This document shows, piece by piece, positions 7,643 to 15,986 of a stretch of DNA of 36,238 bases. The stretch's first letter is position 1. Each line of letters begins with the position of its first letter. Location of the stretch: contig CAZSVW010000001.1 of assembly GCA_964610485.1 (NCBI GenBank), positions 1 through 36,238 of the forward strand, in the 5' to 3' direction. Made by a program: the position numbers and the translations under genes. The notes under the pieces were generated by a model. That model saw nothing but the letters and a program-made list of their open reading frames with translations, did not search any database and had not been told where the DNA came from. Source of the DNA: Candidatus Hydrothermarchaeota archaeon (GTDB taxonomy: Archaea > Hydrothermarchaeota > Hydrothermarchaeia > Hydrothermarchaeales > CAZSVW01).

Positions 7643-8143
7643 ATGAGAATAAGCCTAAGAATAGAACTGAAAGACAAACCTGGCCAGTTAATAAAAGCTA
7701 TAGAGCCTATTTCCAAATACGGGGGGAATATAGTCAGCATAGTTCATGTTAGGGAGGAAACTCGAGGGGAACGTGTTCCCGTGCACCTGATATTTACTAT
7801 AGAGGATAGAAAGTCCCTTGAAAAAATTTTAGACGAACTTGAGAGGAGAGACGTACTGATATCAAAAATAGGAGAGGAGAAGAAGAAGGAAGTCATATCA
7901 ATGGTCTTAATCGGACATATAGTAGATAGCGACCTTAAGGATACCTTGGACAGAATAAATTCAACGGGTGCAAAAGTGGTTGACCTAGACTTAATAATGC
8001 CCCATCCAGAAAAGGAATCCTCTGCCAAGTTAGGAGTAGAAGTATACGGAGAAGAACAAAAAGAGATTGTACTTAAGGTTGTAGATGAGGTAGCCAGAGA
8101 AAAAGATTTCTTAGTAATTAGGGCACTGGAGGTTTTGCGGTGA
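7643..8143 (+). CDS. ACT-domain amino-acid-binding protein
   Basis: L.IELKDKPGQLIKAIEPISKYGGNIVSI is an ACT-like beta-alpha-beta start. The gene sits immediately upstream of hom and is GTGA-coupled to it. Confidence 0.7.
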   Translation: MRISLRIELKDKPGQLIKAIEPISKYGGNIVSIVHVREETRGERVPVHLIFTIEDRKSLEKILDELERRDVLISKIGEEKKKEVISMVLIGHIVDSDLKDTLDRINSTGAKVVDLDLIMPHPEKESSAKLGVEVYGEEQKEIVLKVVDEVAREKDFLVIRALEVLR

Positions 8144-9147
8144 GAGTTCAGCTGATAGGATTCGGAGTAATTGGCCAAGGGTTCGCCAGAGTCTTACTTA
8201 AAAAGCGGGAATTCTTAAGAAAAAAATATGGATTGGACATTAAAGTCGTATCAATAAGCGATTTGAGCGGAACTGCTATAGAAGAAGATGGAATAGACTT
8301 AAAAAAAGCACTTGAAATTATGGAAAAGAAAAATGCCATCATTCATTATCCAAAAGCTCGCCAAATCGGTGCTTTAGATGCAATAAGAGAGATAGAAGCG
8401 GATCTAGTCTTAGAAGCTACTCCCTCAAACATAGAAACTGGAGAGCCGGGATTAACACACATACTAACAGCCATGAAACTAGGAAAACATGTTGTAACTT
8501 CCAATAAAGCTCCACTTGCTCTAGAATTCAAAAAATTGAGAGAAACTTCGAGAAAATATAATGTAGAGCTGAGGTATGAAGCTACTGTAGGCGGAGCTAT
8601 GCCCATAATAAATCTAGCTAAAGAAATACTCTCAGCAGATGAGATAAAAGGAATTAAAGGCATACTGAACGGAACAACCAATTATATCTTGACTAGGATG
8701 ACCAAAGAAGAGGCTCCTTTAGACATAGTACTAAAAGAAGCCCAAGAAATGGGGATTGCAGAAACTGACCCACGTTATGACATAGACGGGATAGATACTG
8801 CAAGTAAACTTGTTATACTTGCAAATTCTATACTCGGGCTAGATATAACTTATAGAGATGTCAAAGTGGAGGGAATACGAAGAATAACTCCCGAGGCTAT
8901 TAGACTCGCAAAAAGAGATGGGAAAGTCATCAAACTTATAGGGGAGGTTAGAGATTCTGTAGTAGAGGTATCTCCAAGACTAGTCCCTGTAAACCATCCG
9001 CTCAATGTTGATGGTGTACTCAATGTTGCCATGCTTGAATGTGATATAGCGGGAGATATCACCGTGGTAGGAAAAGGAGCTGGGGGGATAGAAACAAACT
9101 CTGCTATCTTAAGCGATATAATTGAAATATGGAGAAATATCCAATGA
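8140..9147 (+). CDS. hom: Homoserine dehydrogenase
   Basis: LIGFGVIGQG NAD-binding start, VVTSNKAPLA, GILNGTTNYIL and a DIDGIDTASKL.ILAN catalytic region. Confidence 0.9.
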   Translation: MRVQLIGFGVIGQGFARVLLKKREFLRKKYGLDIKVVSISDLSGTAIEEDGIDLKKALEIMEKKNAIIHYPKARQIGALDAIREIEADLVLEATPSNIETGEPGLTHILTAMKLGKHVVTSNKAPLALEFKKLRETSRKYNVELRYEATVGGAMPIINLAKEILSADEIKGIKGILNGTTNYILTRMTKEEAPLDIVLKEAQEMGIAETDPRYDIDGIDTASKLVILANSILGLDITYRDVKVEGIRRITPEAIRLAKRDGKVIKLIGEVRDSVVEVSPRLVPVNHPLNVDGVLNVAMLECDIAGDITVVGKGAGGIETNSAILSDIIEIWRNIQ

Positions 9148-10289
9148 AGTATATCGTTCTAATTCTAGATGGTGCTGCAGACTATCCATTAGAAGAGCTT
9201 AATTGGAAGACCCCGCTTGAAGAGGCATATACTCCAAATCTAGATTTTATAGCAAAAAAAGGAAGAGGAGGGCTTCTCAAAACTCTATTTAAAGGGCTTC
9301 CAAAAGGTTCTGACGTAGCAAACCTTGCAATTTTGGGATACGACCCTAGGAAACATTACACTGGAAGAGGTGCTATAGAAGCTAAAGCGCTCGGAATAGA
9401 ACTAAGCGATGAAGAAATTGCATTTAGGTGTAATCTTATTACCCTAAAAGATGAGAAAATCGAGGACTACTCAGCAGGGCATATTTCCACACAAGATGCA
9501 AAAGAGATAATCAGTATTTTAAACAAAGAGTTAGATATAGGAAGGTTCTATGCAGGGGTGAGTTATAGGAACATTTTTATCGTGGATGCCCAAGGATGCG
9601 ATCCTAAAATGTTAAAGAGTACTCCTCCACATGAAATATTGGGAGAGCCCATAAGCCAACACCTAATTAGAGGGGAATGTAGTCTGGTAGATAAACTGAA
9701 TAAGCTAATGATAGACTCAATCGAAGTACTAAAAAAGAGCAAAGCCGATATGATATGGCTCTGGGGTCAGGGAAAAAAACTGGAATTAGAAAGTTTTGAA
9801 AATAAATACGGGCTCAAAGCTGGAGTAATTTCTGCTGTAGATTTAATAAAGGGGATAGCCGGTTATGCTCGCATGCGAGTCATAGAGGTGGAAGGCGCAA
9901 CGGGATACTATGACACCAATTATAAAGCAAAAGGTAAAGCTGCAGTAGATTCCATAAAAACCTTAGATTTCGCGTATATCCATGTAGAGGCTCCCGACGA
10001 AGCCGGACATGAGGGGAACGTAGAAGAGAAAATTAGGGCAATAGAGAATATAGACAGGGAGATACTAGGGATGATATTAGATTCTGGAGTAGAAGTGAAA
10101 ATCGCAGCTCTCCCAGACCACGCAACGCCAATTAAAGTTAGGACGCATACCGCCGATCCGGTGCCTTTTATTATTTACTCCCCAAAAGATAAAGGAGATG
10201 AAATTAAAAAATTTTCAGAAAGGGAAGCTATATTTGGATCATTCGGTATAAGAAATGCTCTAGAACTCATGCAACTTTTACTTTCTTAA
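9129..10289 (+). CDS. apgM: Cofactor-independent phosphoglycerate mutase, archaeal type
   Basis: MKYIVLILDGAADYP...TPLE.A.TPNLD, HVEAPDEAGHEG and LPDHATP. The likely start is ATG 9144, overlapping the hom stop (ATGA). Confidence 0.9.
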   Translation: MEKYPMKYIVLILDGAADYPLEELNWKTPLEEAYTPNLDFIAKKGRGGLLKTLFKGLPKGSDVANLAILGYDPRKHYTGRGAIEAKALGIELSDEEIAFRCNLITLKDEKIEDYSAGHISTQDAKEIISILNKELDIGRFYAGVSYRNIFIVDAQGCDPKMLKSTPPHEILGEPISQHLIRGECSLVDKLNKLMIDSIEVLKKSKADMIWLWGQGKKLELESFENKYGLKAGVISAVDLIKGIAGYARMRVIEVEGATGYYDTNYKAKGKAAVDSIKTLDFAYIHVEAPDEAGHEGNVEEKIRAIENIDREILGMILDSGVEVKIAALPDHATPIKVRTHTADPVPFIIYSPKDKGDEIKKFSEREAIFGSFGIRNALELMQLLLS

Positions 10290-10503
10290 TCTTTCCATTT
10301 TTATCCAATTGAAACTCCAGCATTACCCTATGGGTTGCAAATTTTTTTGCACTAAAGCTCTGACCACATGTTTTGCATTGGAGATCGCACTCGAGTTCTA
10401 AAGCGTACCAACTTACTTCCGCATACCAACTATTACAGAACGGACATCGAGTTATGCATATGTCTAAGTAAGTTTTTTCCATGATACATATTTTTATATC
10501 CAT
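10267..10503 (-). CDS. Small zinc-ribbon protein (hypothetical)
   Basis: CPFC ... CKTC cysteine pairs. Divergent from the methyltransferase gene. Its 3' end overlaps the apgM 3' end by 23 nt. Confidence 0.45.
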   Translation of the reverse strand: MDIKICIMEKTYLDICITRCPFCNSWYAEVSWYALELECDLQCKTCGQSFSAKKFATHRVMLEFQLDKNGKIKKVKVA

Positions 10504-10520
10504 AACTTAAACCTTATGCA

Positions 10521-11633
10521 ATGGACAAAAAAGATAAAATTGCTCTCAGAATACTATCAAAGTGGCTGAAAAAAGGAAATATGGCTATGCGTATGAGGAA
10601 CATACTCCCTTATTCTGGTTTGAGTTACAGAGAAAGAGAAAGTGTGGCAAAACTCCTTCACAATATCGTTAGATGGAAAAGGTACTATGATTTTATCCTA
10701 GAGTATCACTCTATGGACAAAGAACCCAACAACTATATTGATTTAGCAAGAAACAAGATTAAAATAGACCGAAAAATAGAAAATGTTATTCCCAAGGAAA
10801 AATTTGTAGCAATAAGATACTCCTTCTCTGACTATATTGCCAACTTATTAGAGGAAAAATTTCCTGAACTGATAGAGTACCTAAACTCCGAACCCGATAC
10901 TACGCTATGTGTGAATCTAATTAAAACAACGAGGGAAAGGGTATTAGATATACTCTTCGAAGAAGGAATAAGAGGTAAGAGCTCTATTTTAGAAACCGCC
11001 GTAATTACCGAATCAATAGCTAGATACTCCTATGTTATAAGGCAAGGGCTAGCTCACGTGCAAGATGAAGCCAGCCAGCTTATAGCGAAAATAACTGTGT
11101 CTTTTGGAATGAGAATATTGGATTATTGTTGCGGAAGCGGCGGAAAAACTCTTGCAATGGCATCTATCACTAGAAATAAAGCTAAACTTTATGCTTATGA
11201 TATAAATAAAGATAAACTGCTAAATTTAAAGAAAAGAATGTCTATTTATAGAGCCAAAATAAAAATTTTATGGGAGAAACCCAAAAAAAAGTTTGAAGTT
11301 GTTCTCGTAGATGCTCCATGTTCCGGCATTGGAGCTTCCCGTAGAAACCCTGAAGCAAAATACATCAGTTCCTGTAGGGAGTATCAAATCAAGCAACTAG
11401 AAATACTCAAAGAGGCCTCAAAAGTTGTTAAAAAAAATGGATACCTAATCTACGCAGTATGTACTTTTACGCCCGAAGAAACTGTTGAGGTTTCTAAAAT
11501 TTTTCTCAAAAAATTTAAGGAATTTAGGGAAGTTGAAGTAAACTACGATATGCTAAAAGAGTTGGACGTCGGATATCTCACATCCATTCCCGGCGGAGAC
11601 ATATTTTACCTATCAGTATTCAGGAGGTCTTAA
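10521..11633 (+). CDS. NOL1/NOP2/Sun (RsmB-like) RNA cytosine-C5 methyltransferase
   Basis: SAM motif DYCCGSGGKT. Catalytic VLVDAPCSGIGASRRNPE (motif IV PC) and YAVCTFTPEE (motif VI TC). Confidence 0.85.
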   Translation: MDKKDKIALRILSKWLKKGNMAMRMRNILPYSGLSYRERESVAKLLHNIVRWKRYYDFILEYHSMDKEPNNYIDLARNKIKIDRKIENVIPKEKFVAIRYSFSDYIANLLEEKFPELIEYLNSEPDTTLCVNLIKTTRERVLDILFEEGIRGKSSILETAVITESIARYSYVIRQGLAHVQDEASQLIAKITVSFGMRILDYCCGSGGKTLAMASITRNKAKLYAYDINKDKLLNLKKRMSIYRAKIKILWEKPKKKFEVVLVDAPCSGIGASRRNPEAKYISSCREYQIKQLEILKEASKVVKKNGYLIYAVCTFTPEETVEVSKIFLKKFKEFREVEVNYDMLKELDVGYLTSIPGGDIFYLSVFRRS

Positions 11634-11635
11634 AA

Positions 11636-12106
11636 ATGAAAATAATGTTCCTCAAATGTAAAAAACCCATCGAGAAAGAAATTATAAAAAAATACAAAAA
11701 TATCCAAATTATAGACTCCAGAAATTTAGCAGGGGAAGAGCATCTGAAATATGCGATTTTACATGCGAAAAAAGCTTTTAGAAGAGGTAAAAACATAAGC
11801 AATAACTTACTGGTAGAAGTTGTAGTTAGAGCCTCCTGCCAAAGACAGATAAGAAAAGCTCTCCAAATCTTTGGTATAAGGGAAAATTCAAGAGAAGTGG
11901 CGGTCTTTGGAGACCGAATACCTATTGAAATCTTTAGCGTATATAAGTGCAATAAGACAAAACCCAGCTTAAATAAGGAAAAGATTGAAAAGATAAAAAA
12001 AGTATTCAAGATTACTGATGAAGAAATTAGGGCTACTAGAAAGAGAGAAAATGACGCAATTATCGAGATAATAAAAGAGAGGATAGCTCTCATCGAAATA
12101 GAATGA
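11636..12106 (+). CDS. cgi121: KEOPS complex subunit Cgi121
   Basis: EVVVRASCQRQIRKALQIFG and the C-terminal ERIALIEIE closely parallel archaeal Cgi121 (ILVRASGQRQI..AI...G ... EKIALIEL). About 155 aa. Confidence 0.8.
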   Translation: MKIMFLKCKKPIEKEIIKKYKNIQIIDSRNLAGEEHLKYAILHAKKAFRRGKNISNNLLVEVVVRASCQRQIRKALQIFGIRENSREVAVFGDRIPIEIFSVYKCNKTKPSLNKEKIEKIKKVFKITDEEIRATRKRENDAIIEIIKERIALIEIE

Positions 12107-12143
12107 CAAGGTTTATCTATCCATTAGTGCAAAATCTGAAACT

Positions 12144-12893
12144 ATGGATTTTAACTTAAGTGCATATCTCCCACGAAATTATGGATATGGTATTAGTATT
12201 TACTATTATTATATTCCTCTTGCTCTTTTTTTTCTTATATTACTGTTGTTAGTTATTAAGAGCAAGAGGAGAAAAGAAAAAATATCAGATTCTTCGCTTT
12301 TAAAAAAAGAAAAGGAAAAAGAGGACCTACTTGACAATTTAAGAAAACTAAAGGAAGAAAAAATAAAATTAGAAAAAAGAATCTCAGAATTGGAGGAAAA
12401 AATAGAAGAACAAAAAGAAAAATTCAGAAAAAAAGAAGAAGAAATTATAGAAAAGGAGAAAAGATTTGAAGAATCTCTCCTTAAACAAAGTGCAATGGAA
12501 GATGAGATAAAATTTCTCCAAACAAGGATAGGAGAGCTTGAAAAAGAAAAAAATGAAATAATACAAGAATATGAAAATGAAAAAGAGAAAATAAAAAAAG
12601 AAAACGAAATTTTAATAGAATCGCTGAAAAAAGAATACGAACTTGAAATTCAGAAGATAAAATCCGATTTTGAGAATAAAATTTTAGAATATGAAAAAAA
12701 GATAGACGAAATAAAGAAGGAATGCAACGATAAAATCGCAGAGATAAAAGAAAAAACAAAAAATTCAATAAAAAAAATAATATCTGAAAAAGAAGGTATA
12801 ATAGATGATTTAAGAAAAGAAAATGAACAACTTAAGAGAAAAATAGACAAATTAAAAGAAAAAATAAGGCTTTTAGAAGTTGAACGATTATAG
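12144..12893 (+). CDS. Membrane-anchored E/K-rich coiled-coil protein (hypothetical), paralog 1
   Basis: One N-terminal hydrophobic helix (IPLALFFLILLLLVI), then about 200 aa of heptad-like E/K/L/I sequence. It shares blocks with the next ORF (RIGELEKEK / RIGKLEKEK; ECNDKIAEIKEKTKNSIKKI / KCKERIKEIKEKSKHIIEEF). Confidence 0.65.
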   Translation: MDFNLSAYLPRNYGYGISIYYYYIPLALFFLILLLLVIKSKRRKEKISDSSLLKKEKEKEDLLDNLRKLKEEKIKLEKRISELEEKIEEQKEKFRKKEEEIIEKEKRFEESLLKQSAMEDEIKFLQTRIGELEKEKNEIIQEYENEKEKIKKENEILIESLKKEYELEIQKIKSDFENKILEYEKKIDEIKKECNDKIAEIKEKTKNSIKKIISEKEGIIDDLRKENEQLKRKIDKLKEKIRLLEVERL

Positions 12894-13466
12894 GTGATCA
12901 AAATGAATAATATTTACCAATATGCAATTATATGTAGTGGAATAAGTTTAATATTGCTTTTATTTAAAATTTCTGTATATAGAAAAGAAATTAATCTATT
13001 AAAAAGAGAAATCAAAACGCTAAAAAGAGAAAAGGCTGAAGTTGAGGATAGGTACAATGAACTAGAAACGGAACTTAGAAAACTCAAAGAAAAAGAGGAA
13101 GAAATCCATAATTTGAAGAAAGAAATAGAAAAACGTCAAAAAGAACTTAAATCAGAAAAAGAAAAAATAGAGAAAGATCTAATGAGAGTTAAGGCGATAG
13201 AAGAAACCTTAGAGAGACATAGAATAAGAATAGGAAAACTTGAGAAAGAAAAAAGAGAACTAGCCGAAAAACTAGAGAAGTCGGAAGAAAAATGCAAAGA
13301 GAGAATAAAAGAAATAAAAGAAAAAAGCAAACATATTATCGAAGAATTCTCAAAAAAGAGAGATGCAGAAATTGAAAACTTGATAAAAGAGAAGAAAGAA
13401 CTAGAAAAGAAAGTCAAAGAACTAAAGGAAAGGTTATCACTATGGGAGTCCGTGAAGGATCTTTAG
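12894..13466 (+). CDS. Membrane-anchored E/K-rich coiled-coil protein (hypothetical), paralog 2
   Basis: N-terminal helix (YAIICSGISLILLLF) plus coiled coil. The likely start is ATG 12903. It directly abuts the previous stop. Confidence 0.65.
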   Translation: MIKMNNIYQYAIICSGISLILLLFKISVYRKEINLLKREIKTLKREKAEVEDRYNELETELRKLKEKEEEIHNLKKEIEKRQKELKSEKEKIEKDLMRVKAIEETLERHRIRIGKLEKEKRELAEKLEKSEEKCKERIKEIKEKSKHIIEEFSKKRDAEIENLIKEKKELEKKVKELKERLSLWESVKDL

Positions 13467-14068
13467 AAAAAATAAAAAATAGTGTAAAAAATTTGATATA
13501 CGAAGGAGAAAGACTTAAAGAGATAAAAGAAGAAGAACTACTAAGTTATTACGAAAAATGGAACTTAAAATGCATCGAACTCATAGAGAAAACATTAGGG
13601 AGAGACTCGGAACATTTAAAAGACTTCATAAATGACAAAGTAAAGGGAGAGGAGATATTAAGAAAAATTTTCTCCAAAAAACTACAAATCCTCAAAAAAT
13701 ACGGTCCCTTTTATAGAATACTAGACCATCAGCTGAGTATATTGAGAAGTATTGAGGAAAACTTGGAAACACAAATAATAGAATATAGGAAAATTCTGAC
13801 TTTAGATTTATATCTAGAAATTCTAAATAAAGCAGAATCACTTCTAGAAATGAATTTAAAGGATGTTGCAGCCATATTATGTTACTGTACCTTAGAGAAA
13901 GTTTTAAACGATGAAGAAAAGAGGAAATTTCAAAGATTTATAGAAATTGGAGAATGTGCCATCTCTGGAAAGTTCTACATGTATACCAGAGATAAGGTAC
14001 ACGACATGATAAAATTTGCCAGAGAAACCATAGAAGCTCAATTAAAAGAATACGAAAAGATTAAATAA
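13442..14068 (+). CDS. Hypothetical all-helical soluble protein
   Basis: Long ORF overlapping the previous gene by 25 nt. No transmembrane segment and no motif I recognise. Confidence 0.55.
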   Translation: MGVREGSLEKIKNSVKNLIYEGERLKEIKEEELLSYYEKWNLKCIELIEKTLGRDSEHLKDFINDKVKGEEILRKIFSKKLQILKKYGPFYRILDHQLSILRSIEENLETQIIEYRKILTLDLYLEILNKAESLLEMNLKDVAAILCYCTLEKVLNDEEKRKFQRFIEIGECAISGKFYMYTRDKVHDMIKFARETIEAQLKEYEKIK

Positions 14069-14137
14069 CTACTCATATTCTCTGCTATCCTTCAAAATTA
14101 ATGACTTGAATCATATAAATTAGCGATATCATATATC

Positions 14138-14179
14138 TTTATATATATGATAAAGTAAGATAAGTAAGAAAAAACTTAC
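14138..14179 (+). promoter_or_regulatory. Putative TATA box plus repeat/palindrome operator upstream of the AbrB-type gene
   Basis: TTTATATATAT at 14138-14148, about 47 nt before the ATG. Direct repeat AAGTAAGA x2 (GTAAG at 14155-14159 and 14164-14168). Inverted repeat GTAAG-aaaaaa-CTTAC at 14164-14179, at the expected transcription start. Confidence 0.3.
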
Positions 14180-14189
14180 ATTTAAGAAA

Positions 14190-14576
14190 ATGAAGGGAGA
14201 ATGTTCTAAGCAAAAGATTGTTTACGGAGTAGTAACGGTGAGTGAAAAGGGGCAAGTAGTTATTCCCGTTGATGCAAGAAGGGATTTGAACATTAAAACC
14301 GGAGATAAGCTAATCGTTCTTAAAAGAAAGGATGAAGCCGGATTAACGCTTATCAAACTTGATAAAATGGATGAGCTCATGTTTCTCATCCAAGAAGATG
14401 AAAAATTCTTTGAAAGATTAAAGGGAGGTGATAAAATAATGAAATATACTTGCAAAGACTGTAAATATTACAAGCCAATAGACGAAACAAAGGGAGACTG
14501 CTTTGGACACGAAGTTCCTGCAGATATGCCAGTAGAGAAATGCCCTGCGAAAGCATTTGAACCAAGGAAGGATTAA
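14190..14576 (+). CDS. AbrB/MazE/SpoVT-type DNA-binding domain fused to a C-terminal Cys-rich domain
   Basis: The N-terminus VTVSEKGQVVIPVDARRDLNIKTGDKLIVL is the SpoVT-AbrB swapped-hairpin signature. The C-terminus is MKYTCKDCKYYKPIDETKGDCFGHEVPADMPVEKCPAKAFEP (4 Cys). Internal GGAGGTGA (14424-14431) lies 7 nt before the in-frame ATG 14439. Confidence 0.75.
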   Translation: MKGECSKQKIVYGVVTVSEKGQVVIPVDARRDLNIKTGDKLIVLKRKDEAGLTLIKLDKMDELMFLIQEDEKFFERLKGGDKIMKYTCKDCKYYKPIDETKGDCFGHEVPADMPVEKCPAKAFEPRKD

Positions 14577-14607
14577 ATAATGGAAGAGTATCCAAAATTC
14601 TTCGTCG

Positions 14608-14640
14608 TTTTTCAAAATTTGTTTTTTATAATTTATTTTT
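14608..14640 (+). terminator. Oligo-T cluster, candidate archaeal terminator
   Basis: T5 (14608-14612), T6 (14622-14627) and T5 (14636-14640), 30-65 nt after the stop at 14576. Confidence 0.3.
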
Positions 14641-14658
14641 GGGTTAGCAATTTACGGA

Positions 14659-15027
14659 ATGCTAAAGTTTAGGTTAATTTCATTGTTTTATTTGCTCTTC
14701 ATTATTGTAATGCTGGGTTTAGTCTTAAGGAAGCATCTATGCACGAATTGCTATTACTACAATAAGCGATGTAACACTGGCTGGGGAATTCTGGCTAAAT
14801 TTTTATATGAGGAAAAATCTGGAGATTTTGAACTTGGATTAAAGCTTGCAAAATTCACTTGGGCTGCTATAACCATCTTCCCAATTATTATAATGGGAGT
14901 GGAAGTCCATTTTAATATGCTGAATCCCGTGATACTTGGTATTTTTGTAATTTTGAGCGGTTTTAATTTTTTAATTCATTCTTACGCTTGTAAGACATGT
15001 AAAATGAAGGAGAAGTGCTATGGTTAA
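14659..15027 (+). CDS. Small integral membrane protein with terminal Cys motifs (hypothetical)
   Basis: About 3-4 hydrophobic helices. [11 protein letters not shown] after helix 1 and [10 protein letters not shown] at the C-terminus. Overlaps the next gene by 8 nt. Confidence 0.55.
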   Translation: MLKFRLISLFYLLFIIVMLGLVLRKHLCTNCYYYNKRCNTGWGILAKFLYEEKSGDFELGLKLAKFTWAAITIFPIIIMGVEVHFNMLNPVILGIFVILSGFNFLIHSYACKTCKMKEKCYG

Positions 15028-15873
15028 GGAAATTTATGTTAAATCTATTTTGAATAGACACAAAACTCGCGACTCATGGTTTCTGGACGATTATTCTTTA
15101 AATCCCTATAAGCTATGCCAGTTCAACTGCATTTACTGCTATATCCATGGTAGCAAATATGGTAAAAATGTTAAAGAGTTTGCGGTTAAGATTAATGCTC
15201 CAAGGTTATTAAGAAAAGAGCTTGCAAAGCTACAAAAAGCAAAAAGTATGGCTTTATTGCCCTAAGCTCTGCTACAGAACCCTGGCAAAATATCGAAGAA
15301 AAATATTGCATAACGAGGAAATGCCTCGAGATCATTGCCAATTTCAAATTTCCTGTTCATTGTCTTACGAAGTCAAAGCTCATTTTAAGAGACTTGGACT
15401 TGCTAAGAAAAATCGATGAAAATGCTATTTTACCAAAAGATTTGGCCACGCTAAAGAATGGTTGCTTAATAACCATTTCTATCTCAACCTTAGATGAGGA
15501 AATAGCAAAAATTTTTGAGCCAAACGCTCCAAGACCAAAAGAAAGATTGGAAGTTTTATATAAGCTTAGAGAAGAAGGATTTTTTGCTGGTGTAGCTTAT
15601 ATTCCTGTTTTGCCTTTTATCTCCGATAGCAAGGAAGAGCTTGAGGAAATGATAAGCAAGGCAAAGGAATACGACGCGAGCTATGTTTTTGTGGGAGCTT
15701 TAACCCTCTATGGTGAAGGTAAAGAACTTTACTATAAAGCTATAAAAAAGCATTTTCCTGAGTTATTGCCAAAATATGAGCGTTTTAGGTTTAAAGGTTA
15801 TCAAAAGAAGCTTGAAGAAAGGGCAAAGAAGATTTGCAGGGATATTAATATTAATTACAAAATTCAAAATTAA
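15020..15873 (+). pseudogene. SplB-like (DNA-photolyase-like, COG1533-type) radical SAM gene interrupted by one frameshift
   Basis: The first frame gives ...[13 protein letters not shown]...[12 protein letters not shown], then a stop at 15263. The frame beginning 15247 continues [59 protein letters not shown]... to 15873. This is collinear with the family. The junction is in CAAAAAGCAAAAAGT (15233-15247). Confidence 0.7.
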
Positions 15874-15986
15874 AGTAATGTGAAATTGTATCTATCTTTT
15901 TACAAAAAAATTTTTAAATATTATTATAAAAATATATTTTTAAAAATCTTAAAATCATACAAAAATAAATTTGGGAAGTTACAGAA

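Noticed and set aside
11620-12093. Minus-strand 157-aa ORF covering the cgi121 locus, which looks membrane-like
   Set aside because: The plus-strand product matches archaeal Cgi121 blocks closely. The minus-strand product is the hydrophobic mirror of a Lys/Glu-rich gene.
12290-13440. Highly repetitive, purine-rich (A/G) DNA that could be mistaken for a tandem repeat or a CRISPR-like array
   Set aside because: The periodicity comes from GAA/AAA/AAG codons encoding E/K coiled coils in one continuous frame per gene. There are no unit repeats with unique spacers.
15222-15419. 65-aa ORF between the two halves of the radical SAM gene
   Set aside because: It is in the third frame across the frameshift region. 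The family-conserved sequence is accounted for by the other two frames.
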